A stretch of DNA of 64,000 nucleotides. Source: Chrysomallon squamiferum. Taxonomy: Eukaryota > Animalia > Mollusca. How positions within the stretch are numbered: the stretch's first letter is position 1; each line of letters opens with the position of its first letter. Positions 15,182 through 29,173 of this stretch are shown here, in pieces. The stretch covers positions 22,816,001 through 22,880,000 of the forward strand of contig CM022679.1 of NCBI GenBank assembly GCA_012295275.1. The letters are read 5' to 3'. The translations under genes and the position numbers were made by a program. The notes below the pieces were generated by a model. It ran no database searches and was not told the origin of the DNA. It worked only from the letters and a program-made list of their open reading frames with translations.

Positions 15182-18100
15182 CTTTATCGATCTTCCTTGC
15201 TATTGGAACATCTTGTCTAAGTCACAATCATCTCTCGCTATTTTCCGTTTCATTTCACTGTTATTATTCCTTGGGGAACTATTAACAATCAAATAATAAT
15301 AAAAAAAAGATAACATTGATAAAACATGCAGGAAAAGAAAATACCCCAAAATAGATTTGAAATGTCTGATTCGCTCGCCGGATGTATGTTCATTTATGAA
15401 GACAAACATGTTCACACTAATACTTTAAATGAAAACAAATATCTCATCTTCGATATTTTACTATAAATTATTTTTTTTATTTCTTCTTTTGTCTGATAAT
15501 TATTAATCATTTTCTTTTGAGCACATACACATGGATCTACGAACCCTACACTGTGTTGGCCTCTTGGGGATCAAACCGCCGCAAGAGAAGTTGTTCAGAA
15601 CGATTACATAAACTACCCGAATACTACAATTTATGTCGCAAGCGGGTACCCAGGTTTGAATTACAAATCGTTGAGTTTGGATGGCCTGAATGACTACATA
15701 AGTCTAAGATTCCCAGGAAATATTAATTACCAGATACTAACGTTCATGTTTTACGTTTATCCTGAAGGCGTCACGGGAACCTTATTGCATTTCAAGTCAG
15801 ACTCTCCAAAAAAAGGTAAAATCAGTGAGATTTGGGTCAGTTTGGATAACAGAAAGATATACATAAGTATCATCGCAGAAAGATATTATTTAATTTTCAG
15901 TGCAGCAGCACATTCTTTGATTTTGAATCGGTGGAATTTTGTGGCTGTGGAAGGTGATTTTACAGTCGGTGGAAAACTCAAAATATTCAACAAAACTGAT
16001 TTGACGACTGAGGCTCGTAGAATTATTTCTGGTCAGGATTCCGGGGAAGATGGTGGAGGCCATGGGTCAGGTTATGATGGCAGTGATAAATGCAAAGAAA
16101 ACCATTCCAAGAATAAAGGAAAAAAAGGTAAAAAATCCCACAAAAGTTCCGAAAAAAGTACTAATAACCAAAACAAGTCTAGCAAAAACCGTAACAAAAG
16201 AGACACTTCTAAACAAAAAAGTCACGAAACCCAAAATTCCGGGGAAAAACATTCGTCCAAAAACAGTTCTGCGAAAAAGCATAATTCCAAAGAAAATAAG
16301 AAACACGGAAAGAAAAATTCGAATGAAAGTGGATCCGAAGAACATAAGGAGAACGCCAAAGGAAATAATAAAAAGAGCAAAGATACTTCCGAAGAGAAAA
16401 TGATAGATTACCGGCTAGGAAATCCTGGACAGATTATGCTGGGTAGGAGACTAGCAGGTGGTGATTGTTTGAAAGGACGTTTTACTTGTCTCACGACGTT
16501 CGACGTCTTGTACGACCCTGTCATGTCTTCTGACTCACTCTGTAAGCATCCTGAACTGTGGGCCGGAAATGGTAAGTACCATGTGTTTATGTCTTTATAA
16601 TAATTACGCATCTGGATAACAATAATAATTATAATTTTCTTAATCATCATCATAAAAAATTATTATTATTATTATTGTTGTTGTTGCTGTTGTAGTAGTA
16701 AATCCTAACAAATTAATCTATTCGATAATGCAATTTTTTGTCCAGAGTCAGATCTATATTTCTTATAATTTTCAATGTTTATGAATACAATACAGAGCTA
16801 TTCTTTGAATTTTTGTTTTCAGATATTCCACCAGCATCTGTGACTGTTATTGATAATAAGATAACGGAGACCACTACATCCAAAATTTCTGACAATACCG
16901 AAGTTACCACCATCAAAACAACAGAAACAAACGGAGGACTTCAGCAAGAATCTTCTTCTGGTGCCAGCATTACAACAACACTGGATGCCACTGGAGAAGT
17001 ACACAGTGGTGATACACAGAGTTCCGGGTTTTCTGATAAAACGACAACAGATAATAATGGTGTCTCCCACACGGAGAGATTGAGTGCCACTGAAATAACA
17101 ACAACAGAACGAAAACTTGGGACTCAAAATACTCAAAGTTTTACTGTTTCTGAAATAATAACAACAGAAAGAAAACTAGGAACTCAAAATACTCAAAGTT
17201 CTACTGGTTCTGATATAACAACGACAGAAAGGGAACTGGAGACTCAAAGTACTCAAAGTTCTACTGTTGCTGATATAATAACCACAGAAAGGGAAATAGA
17301 GACTCAAAGTACTCAAAGTACTCAAAGTTCTACTGTTGCTGATTTAACAACGATAGAAAGGGAACTAGAAACTCAAAGTACTCAAAGTTCTACTGTTTCT
17401 GATATAACAACAACAGAAAGGGAACTAGAAACACAAAGTACTCAAAGTTCTACTGTTTCTGATATAACAACAACAGAAAGGGAACTAGAGACTCAAAATA
17501 CTAAAAGTTCTACTCTTTCTGGTATAAGAAAAACAGAAACGGAACAAGAGACTCAAAGTACTCAAAGTTCTACTGTTTCTGATACAACAACAGAAACGGA
17601 ACAAGAGACTCAAAGTTCTGCTGTTTCTGATATAACAACAGTTACAGATAAAACAACCGAAAAGAAACAATGGACGCCAACTGAACATGTTCAAACCTCG
17701 GCTGTTTCTGACATAACTACAACAGAAACGAAAATGACGACCAGCACCGTCAACGCCCAGTATACCAGCCTGGCCAGTACAACGACAACCGAAAGTGAAA
17801 TTTTGTCTAACAGTTCCCAGTATCCTGATCTTAGTAACAAACAAAACAAGGTGATCAAAATATGGTGTCTGACAAACTATTCCCATGTTTACGAGCTCAA
17901 CGCATCTGATCCGGTATATTTCAGCCACTGTCCTCGGTTTTCTTCAGGACATCCTCATCTTCGTGGTCAGGCAACGCTTTTTGATGGATTCCAGCTATCA
18001 TTTATAAAGATGCGTCTTAACATTGTTGACCTTCTGAGCGACTTTACTCTGGCTTTTTTCTTCAGGCCTGCCTCTTTGTCCATGGGAACTGTCTTAGATT

Positions 18101-19228
18101 ACCTATATTCTGGAGCAAAGGGTGTCAGATGGAAGATAAAGCTGACTGTAAACGTCAGTAATGTGGATTTGACCATGTGGAATTCTTCTGTGATTTGTGA
18201 TAGAATTCGTGTATTAAATATACTTATTCCCAACATGTGGCATTATATTGCTATTCGTAGTTCCAGCATTGATCACGCATTTAGCTTAACTGTTAATAAC
18301 GATACATTCCAGGGAAACCAGAGGTGTTCTGCACCACATGATGTAACAGGAGCTGGAGATTTGTATGTTGGAAACAGCGTGGAGCTTGATGACGGTTTCA
18401 GAGGAAGCTTGATGTGTCTTGTTCTGTTCAATGGGAAAAGTTCTGATGGAGAAAAATCTCTCAGCAAAACGTGCAACTATACCACTAATCCTTCAGGTGA
18501 ACCATTTTTCTCATTTCATCAGACTTATTACATATATGTATGATAATATGTGTATATATTTCTTTCAGATTAATTGTTCATAGTTATTTCCGAATTATTA
18601 ACGCATAAACATTTATTATTAATATTCATTTTTACAATAATAAAAAAGGATTGCTATTTGTATACGGTGAGGGGCACACATCTGATCAGCATTTACGTTT
18701 ATGAAAATCTAACTGGGAAATATTAAGACCAGTGCATTTTCCATTTTCTCCAACTAATAATTTAACTGTAATTCTGATACTGCCCTCAACAGACAACCTA
18801 CAGGTTCCTCAACATGCGCAGAAGAAAAATTAATTTAATGGTATTTTCTAACATGCCTCTGTCATTTCCACAACAGTTAACAAACCTTTTAAATTCAGTA
18901 CGTTTCTAACAACAGTTTATTTTCTGTCTTTGCAGAAACGATCTCAAAATCATGCAAGATGTCGTCAGCTGTTAGTAGCACTTATTTCAAACTGACCCAT
19001 AAGGATGGATCTCCTAATTTACAATCAGGACGACCTTTAGAGACCAGACCATCATCCTCGTTGGTTCACTGTAGCCGCGCATGCGCAGACACGTTATACT
19101 GTCGTTCATTTTCGCTGACTGGGAAGACGTTATGTCGCATGTTTGATTTTGTAGTCAGAGGAAATGCAATAACGCCGACCACGGACACAGATTATTATGT
19201 TCTTACGGAGATTAGTGAAACTGATTAA
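14622..19228 (+). CDS. Uncharacterised secreted protein, about 1018 aa: signal peptide, LamG/pentraxin-like domain with basic insert, Thr/Ser mucin-like repeats, second LamG-like domain, PAN/apple-like domain
   Basis: Coding exons 14622-14661, 15522-16571, 16823-18496, 18936-19228; all junctions phase 1; 3057 nt open. N-terminus MKISLLLFLTLIATHTHG (an in-frame ATG at 14604 is also possible). LamG-like motifs: WPL, SLSLDG..DYI, TFMFYVYP, WNFVAV, IMLG...KGRFTCL; and FDG..SFI, FTLAFFFRP, WHYIAI, LYVG...FRGSLMCL. C-terminal SLVHCSRACADTLYCRSFS...CRMF is PAN-like. Probable 5' UTR exon donor CAG|GTAAGA at 14050, AATAAA at 19240. Confidence 0.85.
14779..15102 (+). mobile_element. Roughly 320-bp non-autonomous dispersed element with subterminal hairpin and (ACT/ATT)n tail, copy 1
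   Basis: Closely matches the reverse complement of 33403-33734. Hairpin CTAAGATTA-ctaaaca-TAATCTTAG at 14810-14834. Lies in the intron after the signal-peptide exon. Confidence 0.8.
17092..17640 (+). repeat. Coding 60-bp tandem repeat (about 9 units, consensus DITTTERELETQSTQSSTVS)
   Basis: Units begin near 17092, 17152, 17212, 17272, 17341, 17401, 17461, 17521 and 17581. All indels are multiples of 3. Confidence 0.92.
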
Positions 19229-21125
19229 AAACGTATCGAAATAAATATGAAAAGAATTTATTAATTTTTAATGTATAGTACCTCTTACAAATAATACAGC
19301 TTACATATTTATTTAATTAGTAAGTTAGTTAAACTGAAAAAAAAAAGAGTGTTTTAAATATATATATATATATATATAGTTTTCAAAATTGCTTCACATA
19401 ATTTATTGTTATTCTTGTTGTTCCAATACACTATCTCGCAATGTGTGTAATATTAGCATGTAGCATTTAAATATATGTTTAGCGTATTGTTTTCTGCACT
19501 TCCGTGAATATCTGCCATAATTATTATGTACACCTATTATGAACCTAGCGAATCGATGTATAAAGTTCTACTGTTCTCTACTATAACAACATTTACAGAC
19601 AAAACAATAGAAAAGGAACTATGTGTGTTTAAGGTTTAAACAGCAGGTGCAATATTGTTATTATTCAGTTTTAGTATGCGGTGGTTCGTTTTTATTTTTA
19701 CAAATAACCCTGATACAGTCATTTCTTCTAGTACATATATATAAATATATGTTGTTATATTAATATTAATTTTAACGATCAGTTGAAATATTGTGTTCAT
19801 CCTTTTATTTAGTTACTCACATTCTAAAACATTAGACGTACATTCAGTTTGTATGGAATAATAAAAAGATAAACTCGTTTTTGAAACCCAGTTCATTAAG
19901 CCTGTAATTTTCCTCGTAGAATATTAATGCATAATGTTATCTGGTTTTATTTATTTTTATTTTTTGGTTCTTTTGTTATTGTTGTTGTTGTTGTGTTTAC
20001 AAAGACACAAATTCTTTGATTATCTTTTATTATTTATTTCTTGTAGTCTTGATTTTTATTTTTATTTCTTTTGTGATCAATTAAAAGATCGTTTAATATG
20101 GACCATTTTTTTAATTCAATAAACCTCGATGAATGACTAATGCAGAATTAAATAACAGACGAAGATTTAGTTTAGTAAAATGACGTTAGATCAATTCCCT
20201 GAAAACCACAGATTTAATTTACTAATTGCTGTTAACAGCTTTCGGTAATTTCCTGTTGAACTTAATGCTGTGACATTGAAATTAAACAAAAGAAAAGGTC
20301 AAGTCAGTATTAAAAAAAAGTTCTTTTAGAAAAGTTCCAAAACTGCCTACTACGGAATAATGATGCATGTTGTAAAATATTAGGTATTTCGAGGGAAAAA
20401 AAATTGTAATCGAAGGTATTTAAGTAATTCACTACAAAGGATTATGTAAATGATTTTTTAATTCTTTTTCATTGACTAATCGATGGAGTTTAAGTTGATA
20501 AAGCCCTACGTCAAACTAACTTGGAGTAGTGCATGGTTATCGTTTCACTGCTACAAGGTCTCCTGTCTGTAACTAACTATATTGGTCAGACAATTTAAGC
20601 TCCCGAATTATGTCTTAAGATACAAGGGAATATTATATAAAACCATTTAAAGTGATGGAGACTGACATACTCGATGAATCCAATGCAAGCAATATTATTA
20701 TTACTATTGAGATCATTTTTTTTTATTTTATTTTACGTGAAGGCTCGATTCAGTTCTAAATGCATATTTACCCAGTAACAATCTGTAAATCCACTAAATC
20801 TGCCTATTATTCTAATAATTGTGTAATGAACTAACTTAAAATCATTTTGAAAGATTTGTCTTCAAAATCTTAAATGCTCCTTATTGTTTGTAGGTTTTAA
20901 AGGTCAAAAACAAATACTTTAAAAATAATCTGTCAGTTGTAGTGTTGGTGGAAAAAAATACTAATGGCAACAAAATAAATGTAGATAATATTAAGGTATA
21001 TATATAAACAACATTTTAACATTTTTTTTTTTTTTGAGATGGATTGAAAAAAACGCCTTCATTTCCGGTAAAGAATAATAACTTCGCCGAAAGCGTAACA
21101 AAAAGTACATGCACAGTAGAACATA

Positions 21126-22549
21126 ATGGACGCTGTGTCGAGATTGGTACGTGTTTCGATTCCAGATTACCTGAAAGATTTACCGGTTCCTTCTTCATTT
21201 TTGGGATTTGCAAAACTTTCAGGTATGAGTAACATGAAAACGTTGCACCTGTTAAAGTGGTAATGAATTTCGGTGTTGTCATGCTTCTATTCTGAATTTT
21301 AACAACTTTTACAGGCGTGAGCCGAGATAATAGAGAGGTCAAAAAGACGGATAAAAAACAAACAAAAAAGAAAAGGGCATAATTACTCAAAGAAAAAAAG
21401 TTGCAAAATGTTTTCTTTCTGTATTAATAATATTAAGAAAATCCTGTTTAGTTAATGATGATGAACTGTTATATATACATTATGATATTTACACGCACCT
21501 GCTCTTTAACAGTTTATTAACTCAGTCTATTGTACTGCAACAATAAAAACATCAAACTCGTTTTGTCACTTTTTCGCACAGTAAAAAACATTTAGAGTAT
21601 TACTATTAGCAACATATCACGTAATGTTTCGACAATTACTTTAATTTACAACAAAAACTAAAGCTAATTATTTATTTATATTTTAATATTTAATTAGCAA
21701 AGTCAGTCGATACATGTTTCTTTACTTCCGCAATTAAATATTTTCCCTTTTATTGCTTTAAGGAGATTTATTAAATAATATAAGTTTATTCATAATCAGA
21801 GTGTTTTTTTTTATTTTAATTCATTTATTTTTATTGTCTTATTTGTTTGGGTCTTTGTCAAGCTGTAGTATAAAAAAAAGTTCTCCATATTTAGAGAGTT
21901 TAGGGACCAACGTAATTTTCTTTAATTATATTTACAAAGAATGTTAATTGTTTGGTGATAAATAAATATTTTTTTTAGAGCAATAATTTTTGGCCAATAT
22001 GTTATATAAATTATAAAGATTAAAAATATTTTAAATTATTAAAGGTATTATCTTGCTTAAAACACCTTATCACTTAAGTTGTTAAATACTTTAAATCTGT
22101 TAGAGTATATCAATGTAGGCTTTTATAAAAAATAATATGTATTTACTTGATAAAAATTATTTATTGTTTCAAGGTATACTTTTGAAATCAATTACAGTAT
22201 TGATACGACTGCGGACATGATGCAATCTAAACATTAAAGGGTGATAACTCTTACATGCATGATGCAAGCAGCATTTAAAGTAACTTCTGTTAGATTGATG
22301 TACTCGTAATTATATACATAATGAATATCAATATTAACTAATTGTGTTTTTAGACTTCACATACTGTTTAATTAACAATTTAAACTAAATCAGTAAAAAA
22401 AAAAAAGAAAAAAAAAAGTGATATTGGATTCAAGATATATCTGCATTTTTTAAAGGGTTAACACTTTTCTTTCTTCCCCAGAAACTGCATATCCATTTTA
22501 TCATCTGTAAATCCATACTCTCATTATACTTCTATTATTTTATTTTATT

Positions 22550-22588
<39 letters not shown>

Positions 22589-23706
22589 TTTGTTTGTTTA
22601 TATATAATGTTCACACATGTTTTCTTCCTTTTTAATTTTTATTAATACATGACACAGAAAGCTTTTAACATTTTAAAGCCAAATTCATTTCATTCTTTCC
22701 TTAAGTATATTTTTCTGCCATTTGTTCAGAACAGTTTTTCTTTCAAATACCAGTCACTTATAGAATTATGTTAATACTACTTCCATGACTGTGCATTACA
22801 TTTTGTCCTGTTTCAGCTCAAGACTGGCTGTCTCTTGTGCCATTTGTTGGGACTGTTAGTCTCATCGTGTATGTCACTTTCCAAGCATTTCGGCCCAGAC
22901 GTAAAAAAGTAGACTATCCAATGAACCCAAAAATTCAGAAGGAAAATCCAAAGGTTACAAATGTGGTAGATGTTGAGGACCTGGGAGAAAAGGTCAGCTA
23001 CTGCCGATGTTGGAGGTCAAAGAAAGTAAGTTTTGGTTCATATTATTTTGGTTTTTTATTTATTAATTTATTACTAGTTAATTATATTTGTTTATTATTA
23101 CTAGTTTATTAGATTTATTTATTGTTGACAGCTGAGTACATTTACATATTGTTAATAATTTATAACATTTGTTTGTTATTAGATTTATTTATTATTAACA
23201 AACTATTTTTTATTTTAATATTATACATTTGTATTCAAGTACTAGATATTATTCATTTATCATTGTGTAATTTATTGGATTTTCATTTTCTTATTGGTAA
23301 TATTATATGTTTAAGATTTTAGTTGATTTTTTAAATTATTTTATTGAAATGTCTGCCTTTTTTGTCATTCTTCATCAACTCTCGTTTGTGATTTCCTACT
23401 ATTTCATTTTTGAAACTAAAAAAATTTAAAGCTGTAGATTATGTACCTTAAAAATCAATTTTTACAGCTATTAAAAGGGAAACTGATTTGTTGAAAAATA
23501 AAACCAGTAAAACTAATCCTTTGTTATTTTGTTAATTTTTTTAATAATTTTTCTTTTTTTGTTATTCATTCAGTGAAATTTCCGTTACTAAAACGATTTT
23601 GTGATCTCTCATTTTTCAGTTTCCACTGTGTGATGGCAGCCACAAAAAACATAATGAAATCACAGGAGACAATGTTGGTCCACTTGTTCTGAAGCGAAAT
23701 AAATAA
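21126..23706 (+). CDS. CISD2: CDGSH iron-sulfur domain protein 2 (Miner1/NAF-1 type), 130 aa, 3 exons
   Basis: Exons 21126-21222, 22817-23025, 23620-23706 (393 nt, GT-AG). [63 protein letters not shown]...[60 protein letters not shown]. Has the CISD2-type long N-terminus, a TM helix and the 3Cys-1His CDGSH motif. Confidence 0.96.
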
Positions 23707-26700
23707 TCATTATAATGGATTTAAAAAATATCTGTTAACATACTTTTGTTTAGAGATCAGGTGAACATATAGTACTATTAATATTAGTAGATCACAATAC
23801 ATTCAAATAAAATTATAATTTTTTATCTTTCATTACATAACATAAATGTTTGTTTTGTTTAATTGTGTGTATATTAATTTTTTTGAATGTACAGTTTTTA
23901 TTTTTCTTCTCTCCTAAAGGCAATGATTGTGCTAATAATTATTATGTTTCTGTGTATTTATCTTATTTTGCTATAAATTTAATATTTATGGTTTTTATTT
24001 ATGTTTTCAAAATCTGTAATATTTTTCTTTATTATTTTGATGCATAAAATTAAAATTAATATATTATGTTTGTTTTTAGCTTTTTTTTTTGTTTTTACAA
24101 AGATTGTATCAATATTTTGAATCTGAAGACAAACAAAATACATACAACTTTAGTTAGTATGATACTCATTGTTACAATATTGTTACTGATGTGCTCAAAT
24201 GTTTGTTTGGTTTAATGTGTTACAGCAAATTTTTAGTGTATAGATTGCATTTTGACCTTTTACAAACAAATGCTTACTGATTATTAGATAATAGTTTGGA
24301 AATATGTTTGCTGTTTTTTTTCTGAACCATTTTTAAAGCTGGACTGATAAAGTCTTATTTTCACTGATTTAATGAAATTATTTTAATGATTCACATAAAT
24401 TCACATAAATACAATCATTAAAATTCAGAACTTTGCTTTACATTAATAATAATTTTATTAACACTTTACAATGTATTCAATATAGTATAGAAACAACATT
24501 TTCTAAAATTTAAAATCAAAGGTGATAACAACTATGTTGTGAAAATAAATATTTAATTTGAAGTATCATTTTAATATTGTCTTGCTAAATTTGAAACACT
24601 AAATTTCTTTTAAATAATTTCCCCAAAACAGAATCTCAATTTGCATTTCAAGCTTCATTGGAATATCTTTTTAAGAATTTTTTTTATTATCATTATTGTT
24701 TCTTCTTATGGTTATTTGTTTAAAAAAGATAGAAGTAATATAAATGTTAAATAAACTTTAATATTAAGAATTTAATTGGGATATTTTCTTCATGTTCAGT
24801 TTTATGATGTCTCTCTCTCCAGTTAAAAACAATTATTCGTGCAGATATTTGTATATATTTCTATTATATTTTTGTTTTTCCAAAACATTGAATTTAGTCA
24901 CCCACAAAACCATTGCCATCGAGAACTTAATAAACAGTTGTAAGATATTGTTCATGATCTCCAATTAATGGAATTGGATACAGAAACATATCTTGGCATT
25001 TTGTTATGTTGAAAATATCAACAAAGTAGTAACAAAACCATAATATAATTTTGTATAATTCATCTGTGTTGTTCATAATTGTGACAAAATATAAGATACA
25101 TTTTGTACATGCTGGTCCATAAAATTTCATATACTTTTTTGATTTTATACCATTTACAAAGCTTTCTTTCTAATAATCAACATTTTGTTCTTTTTGGATA
25201 TTGCTTAAAAGGTTTTTTGGTTGAAAGGGTATTTCAGATTACAGGGTTTTTTTAACATCTAGATGATTTCAATTATTAGTGAAATATATTTTTTTGTGTA
25301 ATATTGAGAGTTCGAAATTAAGATATTTATTCCATATGACATCACAATATAGTGTCTATTTCTGTGTTTGGGTGTGATACTTTTATGTAATATTTTAAGT
25401 ATTTACTACTGATGAACTTTTTATTATATAATTTTAATAAATAAATGTCAGATTGAGAGTGTTTCCACTATTTTTTGATGATACAGGTTTTTGAGGGGTG
25501 TTCTTAACAATTATCATGATATATTAATTCAGGTTTTTGTAGAAAAATATAATTAAAAATATTTGTTATGTTTATTATTTTCCATATTTTAAACATTGCA
25601 AATTGAATACCTTAATGATAATCATGGTAAAGTAATCAGTGTTTGCCAAGTCTGTAGTGAATAGTTTTTTTTATTATTTACAGTGAAATGTTTTGATGAT
25701 ATTTCAACATAAAATTACACAAGATTTGCTTTAATCTAAATCCAGGAGGTTATTTTTATATCTTTTTGTTAAACGAAATATATAAGCAATTAAATTTTGT
25801 AATAAAAGATTTATTTCTAGGCTATTTCTTGACTTGTCATTTGATAATTTAATCATTCAATTTTATTTTTTTTTACTTTGTTTCTTGTGTTAAATGAAAT
25901 TTATAGACGAAATTTAATTTTTTAATAAAAAATTTTAGACTATTTTTTTGTAATCTGTGGTTTGATCATTTAAAAAAAAAATTATTTCTGCAGATTCATA
26001 TTTATGAAAATAATATTTCAATGACTGTAGTATCACTGTATAACCTAAACAGAAACCTATACAATTATATATATATATATATATATATCTCCTTCATAAT
26101 ATGTTTATCCTGTTTATATATGTGAATAATTTAACTGTAATTACATACAAAAATAAAAAGAAGATTATAATAACAAATAAGAATAAAAATAAGCCCCTCC
26201 TCCTCCCCAAAAACCCGAACTTTTAACAGAAAATAAAATGATGTAATAACTGAATTTGGCCAAAATTTATTAATTACTGTCTCTGGGGTTCTATAGTAAT
26301 TAAATATAAATTATGATTATGAAAGGCCTTAAACTATTGCTTGATTAGATTATACCTATTCTTCTCAATGAAAGTGGTTTTTTTATTGACAGAAGAGCAC
26401 ATGAAGTACATAGGTTGGAATGGGAAACTACTCACTGAGAGCACTTACAAGGGTTTGGGCCCATGAATTGGGCTATTCTGCCATAGTCCTGTACTCCGTT
26501 ACAACATGATTAAGATTAAAATATAAAATTATTACTGATATATTAAATTATACCCTAATGCAGTTTCTACTTCTAGTTTAATTCTGCTGATGTTCATGCT
26601 GCTGCTGCTGCTATTAATACTGCTACAAATTTTGTTTTAATAATAATAAATAAATAAATAAATGAAAAAAGATAAAAAAAAAAAATTATATGTATTTAGC

Positions 26701-26955
26701 ATTCCTGCCCAATCTGAGAAATGCCCTTTGACACCAAAAAACATCTTTCAACTTCAAAAATAGAGACTATTATACTGATGTTGTTTAGTGACAGACGAAT
26801 TTCATTCTGACTATAAAGGATTGGTTTAACAGATTTTGCTAAAAGTGTTAAATAATTAAAATGAAAATTGAAATACATATACACAATACTTTCCACAGAC
26901 AGGTTGAAATATCATTGCTATATATATATATATATATGAATAAAATAATGAATAA

Positions 26956-27003
<48 letters not shown>

Positions 27004-27237
27004 TGAAAACAATAATAATTAGTAGTGGTTGTGATTTATTTGAAGTTACAAAAATATGCTTTGAAGTAAATAAAATAAAAATTAGTATTGTTATTGTTAT
27101 TAATTAATTAAATTATATTATAACTGGTATTTATTTATTTATTTATTTATTTATATTTATTTATTTTTATTTACTTTTGTTATTATTATTATTACTTTTT
27201 TTTATTATTATTATTTTTTTCATTTTAATTAATTTTT

Positions 27238-27790
27238 TTATCTTTGAGATTTAATTCTGGTCTTGCTTATATTAATTTTAATTTTATTTTCTGTACCTTT
27301 GGTGAACAGTCCCCCAGAATTCATTTTTCAAGTAATAAGTTCTGTATTATCCATTCTTCAAGTGGTGGTGTCATTATTGTTTTAGTGACGCCATTTTTAA
27401 TCAGGATGTTTTCTATGACGTCTGCATTTGCTGGATATTTAAACTATGTCAAAGATGTTAATTTTGAGAAGCCAAGTTGGGTCATTCATAACCTCCATAT
27501 GCCAAAACCTTTTAATTTGCTTTGGAATGTGGAGGTTTTTAAAATTTGGCAGAAACGATAGCCATTTTTTTATTCCTCACCGTTTCCCCCTACCCCAAAG
27601 TTCCTTGAAAAGCTGCTGTGTACCTTGAATGCAACAACAGTGAGTGATGACACCCCCGCTTGAAGAGCGCATAATACAGAAAAAATTACTTGAAAAATAA
27701 GTTCTGGGGGACTGTTCACCAAAGGTACAGAACATAACATAAACGTAAAAGAACTTAAAATGAATAAATTCCAGCAATGAAGTTTAAAAA
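27238..27790. mobile_element. Foldback/MITE with about 140-bp inverted arms
   Basis: Perfect 31-bp inverted repeat 27289-27319 / 27702-27732 inside longer imperfect arms, with a spacer of about 250 bp. Flanked by (TTTA)n on the left and (AAAAT/AAAT)n on the right. Confidence 0.85.
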
Positions 27791-28138
27791 TAAATAAATA
27801 AAATAAAATAAAATAAAATAAAATAAAATAAAATAAAATAAAATAAAATAAAATAAAATAAAATAAAATAAACAAATAAATAAATATAATATAAAACAAA
27901 ATAGTTTGCAAATAATAATAATAAATAAATAAATAAATAAATAAATAAATATATAAATAAATAAATAAATAAATAAATAAATATAAATAATAATGGCTAT
28001 ACCATTATTATTGTTTATGTTAATGATGTTATCATTTGCAATTTGATTTATTTATTTTTATTCTTTTTTATTTTATTTTTTCTTTATTTTTTATTTTTTT
28101 ATTTTTTACATTTTGTTTATATCATTGCCACTTAAAAG

Positions 28139-28183
<45 letters not shown>

Positions 28184-28346
28184 TTTTCAGTTACGTTTTG
28201 CGCAGAAATAGAACTTCTGGTCAAAGAAAAAATCCCAAAAGACTGAGGCCTTTTGCAAACGCTACATGTTTGGCAACAATGTTGAACTGCTTTATAATTA
28301 TATATATCAGGCCAATACGCAGAAATTCGGCAGACCATATTGACTT

Positions 28347-28348
<2 letters not shown>

Positions 28349-28410
<62 letters not shown>
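28349..28410. repeat. (GA)n microsatellite
   Basis: Pure GA run. Similar runs at 35712-35780, 38798-38851, 56464-56501 and 61787-61886. Confidence 0.95.
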
Positions 28411-28413
<3 letters not shown>

Positions 28414-28660
28414 TTGGATAGATGCTTGGATAGATAGATAGACAGAGGAAGAACCAAAATTAATATGCACATTGTTATCGTTGTTGTTGTTGTTGTTATT
28501 ATTATTATTATTATTACAAATATATTAGGTTAATATTAACCTGAGTAATTGTACTGAAACTAATATTAATATATAATGATAAAGGATGATAAAATATTTG
28601 AAACCTGCTCTAGTCAGTGCAAGGGTTACTGTCTTCAACAAGGTGCATGTTGTATACACC

Positions 28661-28705
<45 letters not shown>

Positions 28706-29104
28706 CATGTCTAGTTGCTCACAGGAAATTTCTTCTTCTTCTTCTTCTTCTTCTTCTTATTATTATTATTATTTATGTATTTATTTATTAATAATAACTA
28801 TAATAAAATATTGGGTGAATGTTAAAAAAAATGTTCTTTCTTTTTCCTTTGTGAGTATATCTTTTTGTAATAATAATAATAATAACAACAACAACAACGA
28901 TAACAATGTGAATGTGAATATGAATAATACGAATAATAATAAGAATAAAATAATTTTAAAAGTGATCATTTTATATCACTCATTTGAGATTCTCTATAAT
29001 TTCTCAATCAATGTACCTTATGTCATAATTTTAATTACAATCCTGTCTTTATAATTACATATTACTAAGGAAAAGAAGGACTTGGTTTAAAAAGAAAAAA
29101 AAAC

Positions 29105-29173
<69 letters not shown>

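Noticed and set aside
16050-17928. Overlapping alternative-frame and antisense ORFs inside the LamG-mucin gene
   Set aside because: Shadows of low-complexity and repeat coding sequence. The spliced plus frame explains the region.
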